A DNA stretch of 64,000 nucleotides from Octopus sinensis (taxonomy: Eukaryota): contig NW_021832712.1 in NCBI RefSeq assembly GCF_006345805.1, positions 1-64,000 of the forward strand. Reading direction: 5' to 3'. The position numbers were made by a program, and so were the translations under genes. Below are positions 1 to 11,796 of the stretch, piece by piece. Under the pieces are notes generated by a model, which was not told the origin of the DNA, did not search any database, and saw only the letters and a list, made by a program, of their open reading frames with translations. How positions within the stretch are numbered: position 1 is the stretch's first letter; each line of letters begins with the position of its first letter.

Positions 1-680
1 TTTTTTTATTTTCTTTTTTGGGCTTTATTTTCTTTTTTTTTATTTGTTAACTTTTATATTTGATTTTTTCGTTCTAATTTGTTCTTTGTAATTTTTTTTT
101 TTCTTTTTGATTTTTCTTATTTTTGTTTTTTATTGTGTTTTTATTCTTTTTTATTTTTTAATTTTTTGTTTTTTCATTTATTTTTTATTTTTTTTTATTT
201 TTTGAATTTTTTTTTGTTTTTATTTTTTTTTTTTTGTTTTTTTATTTTGTTTTTTATTGTGTTTTATTTTTTTATCTTTTTTTTTTTTTTATTTACTTTT
301 TTGATTTTTTGTTTTATTTTCTTTTTTATTTTTTAGTTGTTAATTTTTGATTTTATTGTGTTTTTTTCGATTTTATTGTTTTTATTTCATTTTTTATTTT
401 TTAAAAGTTTTTTTTTTATTTTTAATTTTTTTTTATTTTAAATTTTTTTTTATTAAATTTTTTTTCTTTTTGTCTTGTTTCTTTCTTTTTTATATTAAGT
501 TTTTTTTTCTTTTTTTGTTTATTTTCTTTTAATTTTTTAAGTTTTTTTTCTTTTTTTTATTTTCTGTTTTTTGGGCTTATTTTCTTTTTTTTATTTGTTA
601 ACTTTTTTATATTTGATTTTTTCGTGTTTCTTTGTAATTTCCTTTTTTTTTTCTTTTTTTATTTGGGTGAGATGGGGGGA
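1..680. repeat. T-rich low-complexity tract with a ~550-bp-spaced internal duplication
   Basis: Strongly T-biased. The motif TTGGGCT(T)TATTTTCT...TTTGTTAACTTTTTATATTTGATTTTT occurs at ~18 and again at ~571. The Phe-rich ORFs are compositional artefacts. Confidence 0.85.
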
Positions 681-687
681 GAATGCG

Positions 688-840
688 GAAATGCGGCAGG
701 CGAAGCAGATGCGGCAGGCGGAAATGCGGCAGGCAGAGATGCGGCAGGCGGAAATGCGGCAGGCAGAGATGCGGCAGGCAGAAATGCGGCAGGCAGAGAT
801 GCGGCAGGCAGAGATGCGGCAGGCAGAGATGCGGCAGGCA
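688..840 (+). repeat. 15-bp tandem repeat (GARATGCGGCAGGCR) x ~10
   Basis: Direct reading. It translates as MRQAE repeats in ORF 571..1059. Confidence 0.95.
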
Positions 841-986
841 AGAAAGCGACAGGCAAGAAAGCGACAAGAAAGCAAGAAAGCGACACATAAAAAAGCAAAC
901 AGGCAAGAAAGCGACACACAAAAAAGCGACAGGCAAGAAAGCGACACACAAAAAAGCGACAGGCAAGAAAGCGACACACAAAAAAG
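841..986 (+). repeat. 30-bp tandem repeat (AGGCAAGAAAGCGACACACAAAAAAGCGAC) x ~3-4, with shorter sub-repeats
   Basis: Direct reading at 901, 931 and 961. Confidence 0.9.
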
Positions 987-1659
987 ATTGATTAATTACC
1001 TTATTAAGCTGACCGTTTTTTTCTTCAGCTTCGTTTTTCCTCCTTCGGTTATCTATTAAAAAAATTATTTTGAATAATAAAAAAGTTAGGATAAGAGGCA
1101 TACCGAAAATAAATTCTATCTTTACGAAAAACTCTTTTCTTAAGGTCGTCTTCCCTCCTTCGGTTATCTATTGAAAAAATTATTTTTGAATAATAAAAAG
1201 TTTAGGAAAAGAGGAATACCGAAAATAAATTCAATCTTTACGAAAACTTAACTAAATAGTTAATATTTTTACGCAAATTCTTCTGATTGCGCTGTCAATG
1301 GGTGGTAAATTGTGTTAATGATTGTCCTAATGTGGTTTCAACTATCAAAGTGTTTTCAAAATCTGTTAATTGCACACTCTATTCAAGGTCGTGCGTCAAT
1401 TTGTGGTAAATTGTGTTAATGATTGTGCTAATGTGGTTTCAACTATCAAAGTGGTTTTTCAAAATCTGTTAATTGCACACTCTATGATAATAGCTTTAAT
1501 TTTGATTCATGGTCGTTAATGATATATGCATTTAATTTTAAAGAGAAAAACATAGGATGAATTGAATTTCTTTATCGCGAATAATTGGGAGTTCATCATT
1601 GTTAATATTCTCGCTGTCGTTTTCATCAAGGATATTCTTAATACGTGAGATTTTGCCTG

Positions 1660-2262
1660 GAAAGTTTTTAATGGACCTCATCATGAATGTCGAGGACATT
1701 CGCGTTGTTCATTTTAATCAAAATGCAGAAAATAATTTTTTGATTTTTTGGCGGGAGGTTTTAAGGACCTCATCATGTAAGTCGAGGACATCGTAGTTGT
1801 TCATTTTAACCAAAATGCAGAAAAATTTTTTTTTAATTTTTTTGGGGGGGAAGGTTTTAAGGACCTCATCATGTAAGTCGAGGACATCGTAGTTGTTCAT
1901 TTTAACAAAATGCAGAAAATTTTTTTTTAATTTTTTGGGGGGGAAGGTTTTAAGGACCTCATCATGTAAGTCGAGGACATCGTAGTTGTTCATTTTAACC
2001 AAAATGCAGAAAATTTTTTTTAATTTTTTTGGGGGGAAGGTTTAAGGACCTCATCATGTAAGTCGAGGGACATCGTAGTTGTTCATTTTAACCAAAATGC
2101 AGAAAATTTTTTTTAATTTTTTTGGGGGGAAGGTTTTAAGGACCTCATCATGTAAGTCGAGGACATCGTAGTTGTTCATTTTGACCAAAACGCAGAAAAA
2201 TTTTTTTAATTTTTTTTGGGGGGAAGGTTTTAAGGACCTCATCATGTAAGTCGAGGACATCG
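1660..2262 (-). repeat. ~95-bp tandem array, about 6 units plus 1 degenerate unit, inside Helitron-like copy 1
   Basis: Recurrent GGACCTCATCATGTAAGTCGAGGACATCGTAGTTGTTCATTTTAACCAAAATGCAG with a 92-97 bp period. Confidence 0.95.
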
Positions 2263-2287
2263 TATTGCCAATTTGAAGTTGGTGTGC

Positions 2288-2350
2288 ACACAGACAGACA
2301 GACAGACAGACACACAGACAAACACACAGACAGACAGACAGACACACACC
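2288..2350. repeat. (CAGA)n/(CA)n microsatellite near the Helitron 5' end
   Basis: Direct reading, mirrored at 57092-57156. Confidence 0.95.
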
Positions 2351-2800
2351 ATACCATTTTATTATTAAGATAAACGTAATCCTTTATTAATCCCATTTAG
2401 TTCGTTATTAATCCCACTAGTTTTCTGCTAATTTATATTGTTTGATGTTAATCCCACTTAGTTTTCTGCGAATTCCACTTAGTTTGGTGTTAATCCCATT
2501 TACTATGAGGGAAATGGTATAGATAAGACACGTCTGAAGAATATTCAGTGATAGAGTTTATATAAAATTTTTATTGTAGAAAAATGAGAATACATTCAAG
2601 CAGTAAATCGGTTTTTAAATATGCCAATTAATTTCCAAAATCAATCACTTTGTAGAATATTTGTAAGATTTGATTCCATAAAAGAATTCAATTAGTCAGT
2701 AATTTTTTTATTTTATTAAACCTTAACAATTGGCCACGAAATTTCCAAAGTGATTCAAACGTTCGTCTGAAGAGCTATTGAAATTTATCCCTAAAGTTCG

Positions 2801-3213
2801 AGCCCCCTTGGCTGAAGACTAAACTATGGATAGTGGATTTGGACGGTCGTGAGTTCGATTCCGAAAAAGGCCAGTTTTCATCCTGGGGCTAAATTCTCGT
2901 TATCGTTCCCCTGCCCGTGAGGCAACGAGTACTTCTGGCACGACACAGTTGGAAATGGGGATCTCTTACCTTCCGGGCTTAGCGTGGCGTTACGGGGTCC
3001 ACCATGTCAGTTGGAAATATCCTTCGGATATGGCAACGCTCGGGAGGCACTTAACGCCTACCGAAAAAGGACTCTTAGCTTCTCAGACCCTGGGACATCG
3101 TCGTCTCAGGCCGATCTTGCGGGAAGGATTGAACCTTTCAGAAGGATCTCCCTCGTTTGGATCGGCGATCACGGGAATAACTATAATTAACTGGCTTTGC
3201 CCGTGTTTGGTCT
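2801..3213 (+). mobile_element. tRNA-derived SINE, near full length
   Basis: B-box-like GAGTTCGATTCC at 2851-2862 and an A-box-like TGGCTGAAG upstream. The body is shared with 8590-8840 and 46800-47126, and the head/core with 6150-6295. It ends in an AAT-rich tail. Confidence 0.7.
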
Positions 3214-3409
3214 TTAAATAATAATAATATTAAAACTTTCTGCACAAACGAACTTTTTTTCGGATACTTGGCTTTTTTAAAAAACGTTGAAATATAACTT
3301 TGAAAATCAATTCGTGCTATTAAAGTGATTTTTATTGTTCTAGAACTATTTAAGCAAATCAAAAAAATTCAAGCTCGAAGTTGTATTTTTTGAAAACAGA
3401 ACAGTGAAA

Positions 3410-3813
3410 CTAAACAGTACCATAGTAGTACTGTAAATGGCGAGCCAAGATTCGAATTACATCATCATATAGTTTAATATCTAATATAAATGAAAAAAAT
3501 AACCAAATTTTTCCACGTCTTCTCTAGGGAAGACAACATAATTATCACAGATGACATTTTTTTCACTGCTGACGATACCCCAAAGTTCGATTATGTTATC
3601 GAGTGGCTCTGTTAACTTAAAATAAGCTTTTTTTTAATATACAGGTTGTTGTAGAAGTATTGTAACCTCGTGGTCGTCTGATGTTTTTATAACAAATGAT
3701 CTTTGATTTTCTGCCGTTTTTATGACAGTCCCCAATAAACATATTTGTTTTCCTACATATTTATCAATCATTGATCCATTTATTCTATATCGAGGCTCGC
3801 ATATATCATCCAT
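3410..3813 (-). CDS. RPA3: Replication protein A 14 kDa subunit (3 exons)
   Basis: MDDICEPRYRINGSMIDKYVGKQICLLGTV...LTEPLDNIIELWGIV...DIKLYDDVIRIL matches the RPA3 OB fold. Exons are joined by tiny GT-AG introns. Confidence 0.85.
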
Positions 3814-4789
3814 AACGAAAGCCAACACAAAGACAAATCACAATTTATTTAAACAAAATATAAAATAATGAATTTTATAAGTTAATATTACAAAAACCTT
3901 TTCAACTTTTAGTTTAAAAAGTTTAATACATTTTTCTTTAATAAATGCTATTAATTAATTCAATAATATTTTTGCATCCGAGTTCCAAACGGCATCTGTT
4001 AGTTTGATTTTGCACTAATTAATTCCATATTTTGAATAAATGAATTCCTGTTTTATATTTTTGATAGCAGGTAATCATTTTTTGTCTGCTAAATAGAAAA
4101 ATAATATTTGGCTGGAAATAGCGTATAGTTCCAAATTAAAGTAGTTTTAGATATAAAATCAGTTTGAATTAACTTCGGAAAATGTTAAAATAATTTATTT
4201 CGTGGTTGATTTCCATGCGGTTTAAAAATTAATTTTCCATATTAATTGATATGACCCACTATGTCCAATTTCAATGCCTTTTATTTATCAATTCATTCAA
4301 TGTCAAACTAAAAGGATAAAGTTTATTAATTTAAAACTACAAATTTAAGTTAAGACGAATTAAGCAGCTTTGTGAAATTAAGGATTTAATTGTTTTCAAG
4401 GTGATAGTGCACCTTTGTTTTTAAAAAAAATTAATTTTTTGAGGTTTATCAATACTTTTGTATAGCTTGATCATAAAAAAATTTGATCGCACTAGTGACT
4501 ATGTAATCTAGAATCGTCACAAGTGTCTTTAAGTGCGCTAAATGAGTGCGTCAGTATAAATTAATATAACAAACATCGTTAAAATTTTTAATTAATCAAT
4601 TAATTATATAGGTGCACTCGACAATCAATTAGAAAATCAGTTTTTCAAAAATGGTTAGTTTTCATTTTTTATAAATAGAAACAATGTCAACCATATACAT
4701 TTAAAATCAAAAAACCACTTTGTATGTACTTTAAGTATTACATACGTTATTTGAATTTAATATTATAATTATTGATAATTGTTAAGGCA

Positions 4790-5600
4790 ACGGTGAAAAT
4801 AAGAAATTAAGTGACCCTAGTCTGAATTCTGAACATGAAAAAATTCTCAAAAGAAACAAATATAAAACAGACCAATTAAGTATTTATAATCGCTTTAGTG
4901 ATTACATTAAGATTTTTTTAAACAAGAATCTCGAGATCATCGACCATTTTCTTCATTAATCGACAATAAAAAAGTAGTTAATAGTTTTAATATGTTTTTT
5001 GTCCGTAATTTACATTTAAAGAATAAATTATTTACGTCAGAGCCAGATGGTCTAAACATTAAACAAAATTTAGCATCGTTTGAGAAAAATGAAGGTAAAT
5101 TTGGCTGCATTGTTTAGAAGGAGAACAACCAATTATAAATTCTGCGAAAAACTTGGTTTTCATTCAAATTTGATCTTCTAATGTAGATAAATAGCACATG
5201 TGATAAAAATATCTGCAAAGAAAATCTAGAGTATTTTTATATCTAATTTGTATTAGAACCACAAGCACAACTAATGTCATAGAAGAGAATGGAGTTAATT
5301 TCTAATATAAATTAATTCATTTTCAAAGATAAGAGTTATCAGACCCATAAATATTTCAAAAAATGATAAACCGTTCCATCCAATAAAAAATCTTAATACA
5401 GAGAAAATGTATTTGAAAGGAATGTATTGTGGTCAGATATTTGAACCACAGGTTGAATTGCAGAATAAATAATTTGTTAGCTTATAAAAAAACTAATAAG
5501 AAAGAACATAAATGATTGTGAACGTCATGTAAAATTTTCAAACAATGTTACAATAATCTATGGCAAAATTACAAGAACACGTAAAATTATAGATAAAAGC
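4790..5600 (+). CDS. Possible multi-exon orphan coding region
   Basis: Short purine-rich open stretches separated by GT..AG segments of about 20-30 nt. No recognisable homology and the gene model is not resolved. Confidence 0.25.
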
Positions 5601-5884
5601 TAGGAAAAACATTTTTAAAAACTATTTTATTTATAATTTTTAAAAATAAAAATAGTTTTGAATCATTTTATAGAAAGATTTGTTTCAAAAAATCTTTTTT
5701 CAATACTTATTCAATTGAATATTTTGGTTTTAACTGTGACTATTTAATCAAGACTTTTATGATCCGAAAAAATATTAATAATTTAATTAATTTTCATGAC
5801 GTCTGAAAATTTCAAAAATTGTTCTTCTAAACATTTTTACACGGAACTTGTGGAGTACTGTGAGTTCAAAGACTGGATTTTAGT

Positions 5885-6295
5885 TATTTATTTATTAACT
5901 CTCAAGCTTGCATAGCAAACCCAACACAAACAGTCACAGCTAACTAATCGAATGAAGAAGCCAAGGAAAGAGGAACTGTCTATGTCGATCAGCATTAGCC
6001 TCCAAATCTTCAATACAGCCATCCGGATCCAAAGAGAGGTGGGGAATATCTGGTGTGCCCAGTTCCCATTTGTTAGCCTCCTACCGTCGCTCACCGCACA
6101 TCATTTGTTTTCGGAAGGGTTTTACATAATGGAGATTTTTCATTGGTAATGTGATCAAGGGAAGGTAGGAGATCCTCTTTCGACATCTGCATCGTGGAAG
6201 ATGGACTCGTCGCCTCACGGGTGAAAACGATGACAAGACTTGATCCCAGCTGCAAACTTGCTTCCCTCGGAATTGAACCCACGACATTTATATTC
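5885..6295 (-). mobile_element. SINE variant: same tRNA-like head and core as 2801, different 3' body
   Basis: Minus strand GTCGTGGGTTCAATTCCGAGG (B box) followed by CCCGTGAGGCGACGAG...GAGGATCTCCTACCTTCC, matching 2846-2975. The sequence then becomes unrelated and ends in (TAAA)n. Confidence 0.6.
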
Positions 6296-6959
6296 CAATA
6301 TCCATAGCATAATTTTCAGCCAATGCATTTTAGTTAGTCAAGGAAAGCATGATTCTGAATATTATGCATCAAATCCCAGACTTTACTATTCACAAGATAA
6401 AGGAATTAAGTTTAGAAGCAGCGGACTAGAATAAGAGACAAGTCTTGATATTGAAAAAGCGTGTCATGCAAAGATTTAGAAGACTTTGTGCCCTTAATCT
6501 GAGAAGAAGTGTTTGGATTAAAGTGTATAGTGCTATACTTTTTTTCAGTCATTACCCAAGATACGGACTTCTGGTACTTCTGTTATGAAATGGAAAAGTG
6601 TGTGAGTACATTCGCCAATGGATTAAAATTTAGTGATTAAAATCAATACCCAGGAACTATTAATACAACCTTTCTATGATCATTAAAAAAATAGTTTCTG
6701 GGTGGCGGTTAAAATGCACATTTTTTGATTAAATAAGACTAAAAACACTCCAGTGCTAAAGTCTAATTAAACTCTACTCTCTTTCTTGCCTGTGTTTATT
6801 TTCCGACATCATGCAAATTAATTAATTGAGTTGTATAAAGTATTCAGTGTAAAATAGAGGAAACGTTGGAAACTGGCATTTTATACATTTACAAATGTAC
6901 ATAAGGAAAAATTATCCTGACGTGCAAAATTTACTGAAATGTTAATAAAACCTGGGCCC

Positions 6960-7300
6960 GTCAGCGATTGTTCCGCCAAAAACGGCCTGCCGCCCAGTGC
7001 GATCTTGTGTGGGCTCTTGGAAAGATCACCGAGCGAGGATGAGGTCCCTGTTTGAGTGCATCAGGATCACGTGACGTTTGTTCGGTTTTTAGCGTGGTCT
7101 TGGTGATTTAATAAATAAAATAAAAAGATGTGTTCTATTTTATTTTTTAGAAACCAAGACCACAGTAGAAACAGGACAAATAGTCACGTGATCCCTATGC
7201 ACCCACCAGGGATTTCATTCTCGCTCGATGAACTTCTCACAAGCCCACACAAGATCACACCGAGCGGCTGATCGGTTTTGTCGCGACATTTGCCGGTAAT
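6960..7300. mobile_element. Foldback/MITE-like element with ~150-bp imperfect inverted arms
   Basis: GATCTTGTGTGGGC...GGATCACGTGAC...GTGGTCTTGG pairs with CCAAGACCAC...GTCACGTGATCC...GCCCACACAAGATC around an AT-rich centre. Confidence 0.8.
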
Positions 7301-7720
7301 CTGGAATTCTGCTCAAAACACTTATATCTGTGTTCTCTAGCCTTTAATATGGTATTCAATGTTCTGACACGGATCATTAGATCCGAAGTCATTTGGTTTG
7401 ATTTCTTAAGGCGATTTCTTTCCTTTGCCAAGGCAGACCTCCTACGACAAATAGCAGTATAAGTTTGGTGCTTTGATATAGCCATTGCTCTTGCTTCGAA
7501 ATTTTCTTCGAGAAGTAGCAGATAGCCTTGTTCAGGGGGCTGAAGTTGTTAAAATGACAATTCTTTGGTTTGGATTTCAAGATTTTATAGAACCACGACC
7601 AGTTCTCTGCAAAGTAATTTTATGCAACAGGAATTTTTCTGGTGACGACTTCTCTTTTAATCCCCACTACGATCGGATTGTGGTCGCTTCTCGTTTTGTA
7701 GAGGATTGAGCAGTCCGTAG
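7300..7720 (-). mobile_element. Degenerate coding-like fragment, possibly the pre-RT region of an R4/Dong-like retroelement
   Basis: LNTILKAREHRYKCFEQNSRL resembles the RxRRY..R..QN.LF motif. Multiple stops. Confidence 0.35.
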
Positions 7721-7890
7721 ATGATTAAAGAGATGAAGAGCATAGTTACGTCAGGTGACGTAGGCTTGTCAGTCACTCACTCTAAGTAGAGTCCTTGTGT
7801 TCAATGGATCGTTCAGAATTTTTTTTATTTATCGTACAACTGGATTATAAATAATAAGGAGAGCTGAATAAATGTCAAATTTGTGATAAT

Positions 7891-8360
7891 TTAACTAATG
7901 GTCTCACGAGGCGCTCTGCCCGCTTCGCGAATTGCAAAACCATTCCCGCGGATCACGGTGATCGACAGACGTTCCAAAAGCCAGGATGACTCTCTGGAAT
8001 TGTGTCTTACTCTTGATATCCGTCGACCGAGGGAGCGAAGGAAGCGGAGCGTCCTGGGGTCAAAGATTCCCGAAGATTCCAAAGCAATTGGGGTGAAAAG
8101 GAAAGAATTCGAGAGGTGGCCGTACTTGAAAATCTTGCGATCCTCGGCCAGCCTCGAAACGTGCACAGGATTGACAGCGGATAGGGCGAGATTTCCGCGC
8201 GAGAACGTGTCCAAGCAGGTGGAGTCCCAAATAAGGGATTTCCCCTGCTCGTAAGGAAAGGTGGTCATGCCGTCTGGGCGTTTGCCGTCTCCTCGGTCCA
8301 GCTATGGAGGGTGCTTCGCATTCAAGCCCTCGCATAGGGTAACTCCATTGATGCATGCCA
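7891..8360 (-). mobile_element. CRE-like non-LTR retrotransposon 3' fragment (restriction-like endonuclease)
   Basis: RPDGMTTFPYEQGKSLIWDSTCLDT...KIFKY...FTPIALESSG...RESSWLLERLSITVIRGN, the typical RLE C-terminus. GC-rich relative to the host. Confidence 0.8.
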
Positions 8361-8589
8361 GTTTAGATAAATTTAGGATGTTATAGCTCCTCGGACAGGA
8401 GCCAATCATATAATGCCACGCAATGATTTTCTAAAATTGTATTAAACTCTAATCATTATAAGCCCATCGGTTTATCTTGTTTATTCAATCAAAATGAACT
8501 AATTAACTATTTAATTGTTTTAACTATGAACTTAAGCCAGTTATTTTGATTATCTTATCCTTCCTTCTCCTGTCCTCCGGTATATTATC

Positions 8590-8840
8590 TTATCCTCCGG
8601 TCTTAGCGTGCCGTTATGGGGTTCACCATGTCAGTTGGAATTTCCAGTCAGATATAGAAACGCTCAGGAGGCACTTAATGCCTACCAAAAAAAGGACTTC
8701 TATAACTCTGATCCTGAGACATCGTCGTCTCAGTCCAATCATTGTGGGCAGGATCGAACCTTTCAGAAAGATCTCCCTCGCTTGAATCGGGGATCACGGG
8801 GATTATAATTAACTGGCTTACCCTGGTCTTTTGGTCATTA
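8590..8840 (+). mobile_element. 5'-truncated SINE copy
   Basis: High similarity to 2975-3213 (CTTAGCGTG...CACCATGTCAGTTGGAA...ATAATTAACTGGC). Confidence 0.8.
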
Positions 8841-8933
8841 AATAAATAAAAATAAATATCGTAGTCTACTCCATCGCTAAAATAGATGCAGATTTCCAAC
8901 AGCGAAATTTTAAATTTTATAACATATTTTTTG

Positions 8934-9957
8934 TTAAAAATCAGAATTGTCACTTTCCAATACAGTAGTTTCATGAAATTCTTCATTGTTTGAAAAAATG
9001 CGATCAATATATTTATCATTATTTTCGGCAATATCCTCATCAATTTCGGCAATTGTTACTTTTTTTTCAATTTTTTCATCATGTTGTTCAGGAATACTCG
9101 TGTTCACTGGATCATTTAAATTTTCAGCTTTTTTAACCGTTTCAAAAAGTGTACTACGCCTTATGAAAGTTACAGGGACATCACCAAGTATAACTTGGTC
9201 CTTCAGTTCGTTGTTTTCAATTTTAGTCTCAACATCTGTTTTTAAAGATTGTTTATCGACGTTGATTCTTTTTAAAAGAATTTCATAATTTGATGATATT
9301 TCATTTATAAAAATTTTAAAATTTTTTAACAATAATTTATACAGAGGATGATTATTATTTACTGAACAGGAACATTCAGTCTAATATATTTGAAAATTTT
9401 TTTGCTCTTACCATGAAAATATTTTTGTATTCATTAATATTTATCAAAGTTTCCACTTCTTCAGAACAAAGACAATGATCCAGCTCACATTTATTAAGTA
9501 CTCTGAATATTAGTTAGGTTAAAGAATATATTATAAATTTAAAATACATTAAAATTGGCTTATCAACGACATGAGAGTGATTTAAAATGTTTTTTAACTG
9601 TAGAATTGAATTTTCAAATACTTTTCTATCTTCTGAATCAATTACATAAATAATTCCAAATGACTCGGGATAATAATTTTCCCATATTTTCATGATTGAG
9701 GAATTCCCACCAATGTCGTTTATATTAATAAGAACTTTGTCACTAACAAAATTTAATCGTTGGATTCCAATTGTTGGAACAGTTTTACTAAATTTGTCTA
9801 TAATTTAAATAAAATTGTATTAAAAACCTCCCTTAATTCTTTTTGACAGTATTGTTTTTCCTGCATTTGCATTTCCTATCAGAGTAATAGTGATTTCTCT
9901 ACAATAAATTAACATGAGATAAAACTTTTCGTATTTCTTACTCATGCTTAGACCCAT
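8934..9957 (-). CDS. ARL13B: Arf-like GTPase, ARL13-like, with C-terminal extension
   Basis: Spliced sequence ITLIGNANAGKT (G1)...VPTIG...DIGG (G3)...IWENYYPESFGIIYVIDSED...DKPIL, then EISSNYEILLKRINVDKQ resembling the ARL13 coiled coil. The 3' end is approximate and the subfamily call is moderate. Confidence 0.65.
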
Positions 9958-10074
9958 TATCTCTTCTAGGAAATATAAATTAATATTACCTTGAAAACAA
10001 ATGATTTAATAAACAAATATAAATTAAGATGAATTTAGTTAAAAAATAAAGAAATTTTTATCGAATCAACAAAA

Positions 10075-10300
10075 AGCACCCACTTTCCTGCAAGAGGAGC
10101 GCAGGCAGGGAACACAAGGCCCTCAATGAAATCGTGAAGGCCGGTCTCGAATCGGCGGGACATTTGTGCCTCCCCGAACTGGTCGGACTCGATCGGGGAG
10201 ACGGCAAAAGGCCTGACGGGATGACAATATTCCCGTATTCGTCCGGAAAGCCCTCGTATGGGATGTTACCGTTGTGGATACCTTCTCAAACTCGAGGATC
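10075..10300 (+). mobile_element. CRE-like non-LTR fragment (zinc knuckle plus RLE start)
   Basis: HPLSCKRSAGR..HKALNEIV...GLDRGDGKRPDGMTIFPY..GK, with frameshifts. Confidence 0.75.
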
Positions 10301-10548
10301 CATTCTTCCCTTGTTCGGCTGCAAACCACGCCGAAAAGATAAAACTACAAAAATATTCTTCTTTCAACACTATAACTTTTTGTTAAACATACGAATTACA
10401 GAATTTTTTTAATTTTTGGTAGAATTTTTTGATTGGATCTTAGAAAACTCTTTATATTATAGAAACATCTTTCAACCAAGAACGAATTTGGCTGAAATGT
10501 TCAAATAGCTTTGGAAACCTGGAATGGTCGAATAGCTTCGGATAAGGT

Positions 10549-11100
10549 TTATAGCCCCGCATGTGCAACACTCAATGTAACGATATTTAAGGTTAGTTTT
10601 TTCCATTTTCCTCTGTCGTATGCGAGTGATCTCAATTCGTCCAGGTCGTCCCCCGTCTTTAGGTTTTTCCTCACTGGATTTAGGTCTTTGTTTAAGGCAG
10701 TTGGAAGTGTCGATCTAGGTCGTCCGCGGAAGGGTATGTCGCATCTGTCGAAGTAGTCTTCCATCGCTTTGTTAGCGGGTGCGTCCGGGTTCATTCTTAG
10801 TACATGCCCGAATAGCCTCCACCGGGCATCTACCACATCCCCGCTGATGCAGGAGCACATACACTTGTTGTAGATACCATTGGTTGATATTCGACGTGGC
10901 CACTCCATTCCGAGTAAGCTTCTTAGTTGCCTTCTATGGAATGAGTCCAGTTTCAGTAGATCGTTGAAGGAACATCCCCATGTCCCAGCGTTGTACAGCA
11001 GGATCGGTTTCACAAACGCGTTGTAGAGCCTGCATCTGATGCCAACTCCAAGTCCTTTGGCTCTTAGCCATCCTTTCTTCAGTTTCGCCATTGCCGAATT
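10549..11100 (-). mobile_element. RTE-clade non-LTR retrotransposon 3' fragment
   Basis: RLYNAFVKPILLYNAGTW...LDSFHRRQLRSLLGMEWPRRIS...RWRLFGHVLRM...RGRP...AYDRGKWK. Confidence 0.85.
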
Positions 11101-11317
11101 CGGCAGTGTTTTTTTCCTTAGTACATCTTCATTAAATCAATTTCAGGATAAGAGTCTAATTTTTTACAATAATTGCTTAATAGATAAACGGCACATGTGA
11201 TATAAAATAACTTGGTGTAAAGATTTTTAAATATTTTGCCAGCTAAAACATAAAATTTTACCTGACTTTTTTAACTTAGTTGGCCCTACTCATCACTTAC
11301 ATCACTTAGACTTCACA

Positions 11318-11389
11318 CCCGTGATAGCTCAGTGGTAGAGCGGAGGACTGTAGATCCTTAGGTCCCCGGTTCGAATCCGGGTCGCGGGA
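11318..11389 (+). tRNA. tRNA-Tyr(GTA), intronless
   Basis: Complete cloverleaf: CCCGTGA/TCGCGGG acceptor with the C1-G72 Tyr identity pair, GCTC/GAGC D arm, GAGGA-CTGTAGA-TCCTT anticodon arm, CCCGG-TTCGAAT-CCGGG T arm, discriminator A, and TTTT downstream. Confidence 0.95.
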
Positions 11390-11796
11390 AAATTTTAAAC
11401 CGAAGTATGTTCCAATAATTTGGTTCTTATTCCAAATCGATCAAGGGCTAGAAAAACACTCGAAATATAGCGAAAATTTAATTTATTATTGATACATCCG
11501 AGACAATAAGTAAATCATAATCCTCTCATCGATTTTGCCACTTCTATTTCGCTTTATTTTGAATCTTTGGATGACACGCCTCTCCATCTTTAAAACGATT
11601 CTCAATCCTTTGAGGTTCTCCGTCAAAAACTTATGGCACTATTGTCCATTGTCAGTTTCTGAAACGTGGTAGTACAAAGCAAAGATTACAAATCTAATTT
11701 TTAATTAATTTTTTATCATGTAATTATTATTTAATCATTAGACAATTTAAATATTATTTTTGCGGCAAATTTGTTGTGAAACTTGTGACTCATTTC

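Larger units (their letters stand above)
683..2370 (-). mobile_element. Non-autonomous Helitron-like element, copy 1 (3' end not identified)
   Basis: Near-identical reverse complement of 57071-~59800. The 5' end is A|TCTTAATAATAAAATGG (TC terminus after a target A), followed by a (CTGT)n microsatellite as in Lep1/DINE-1-like Helitron derivatives. Confidence 0.8.

Noticed and set aside
79-532. Phe-rich membrane proteins
   Set aside because: These are translations of a T-rich low-complexity tract.
1-1000. Telomere or subtelomere
   Set aside because: No telomeric repeat was seen, and the GC-rich repeats belong to the Helitron-like family.
1718-2396. ORFs encoding YDVLDLHDEVLKTFPPKK repeats
   Set aside because: The period of about 95 bp is not a stable multiple of 3, and frames break at homopolymers.
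7898-8254. Plus-strand 118-aa ORF
   Set aside because: It is the antisense shadow of the GC-rich CRE-like fragment.
11480-11700. Small ORF or integrase remnant (ETDNGQ-like)
   Set aside because: Too short and degenerate to support.
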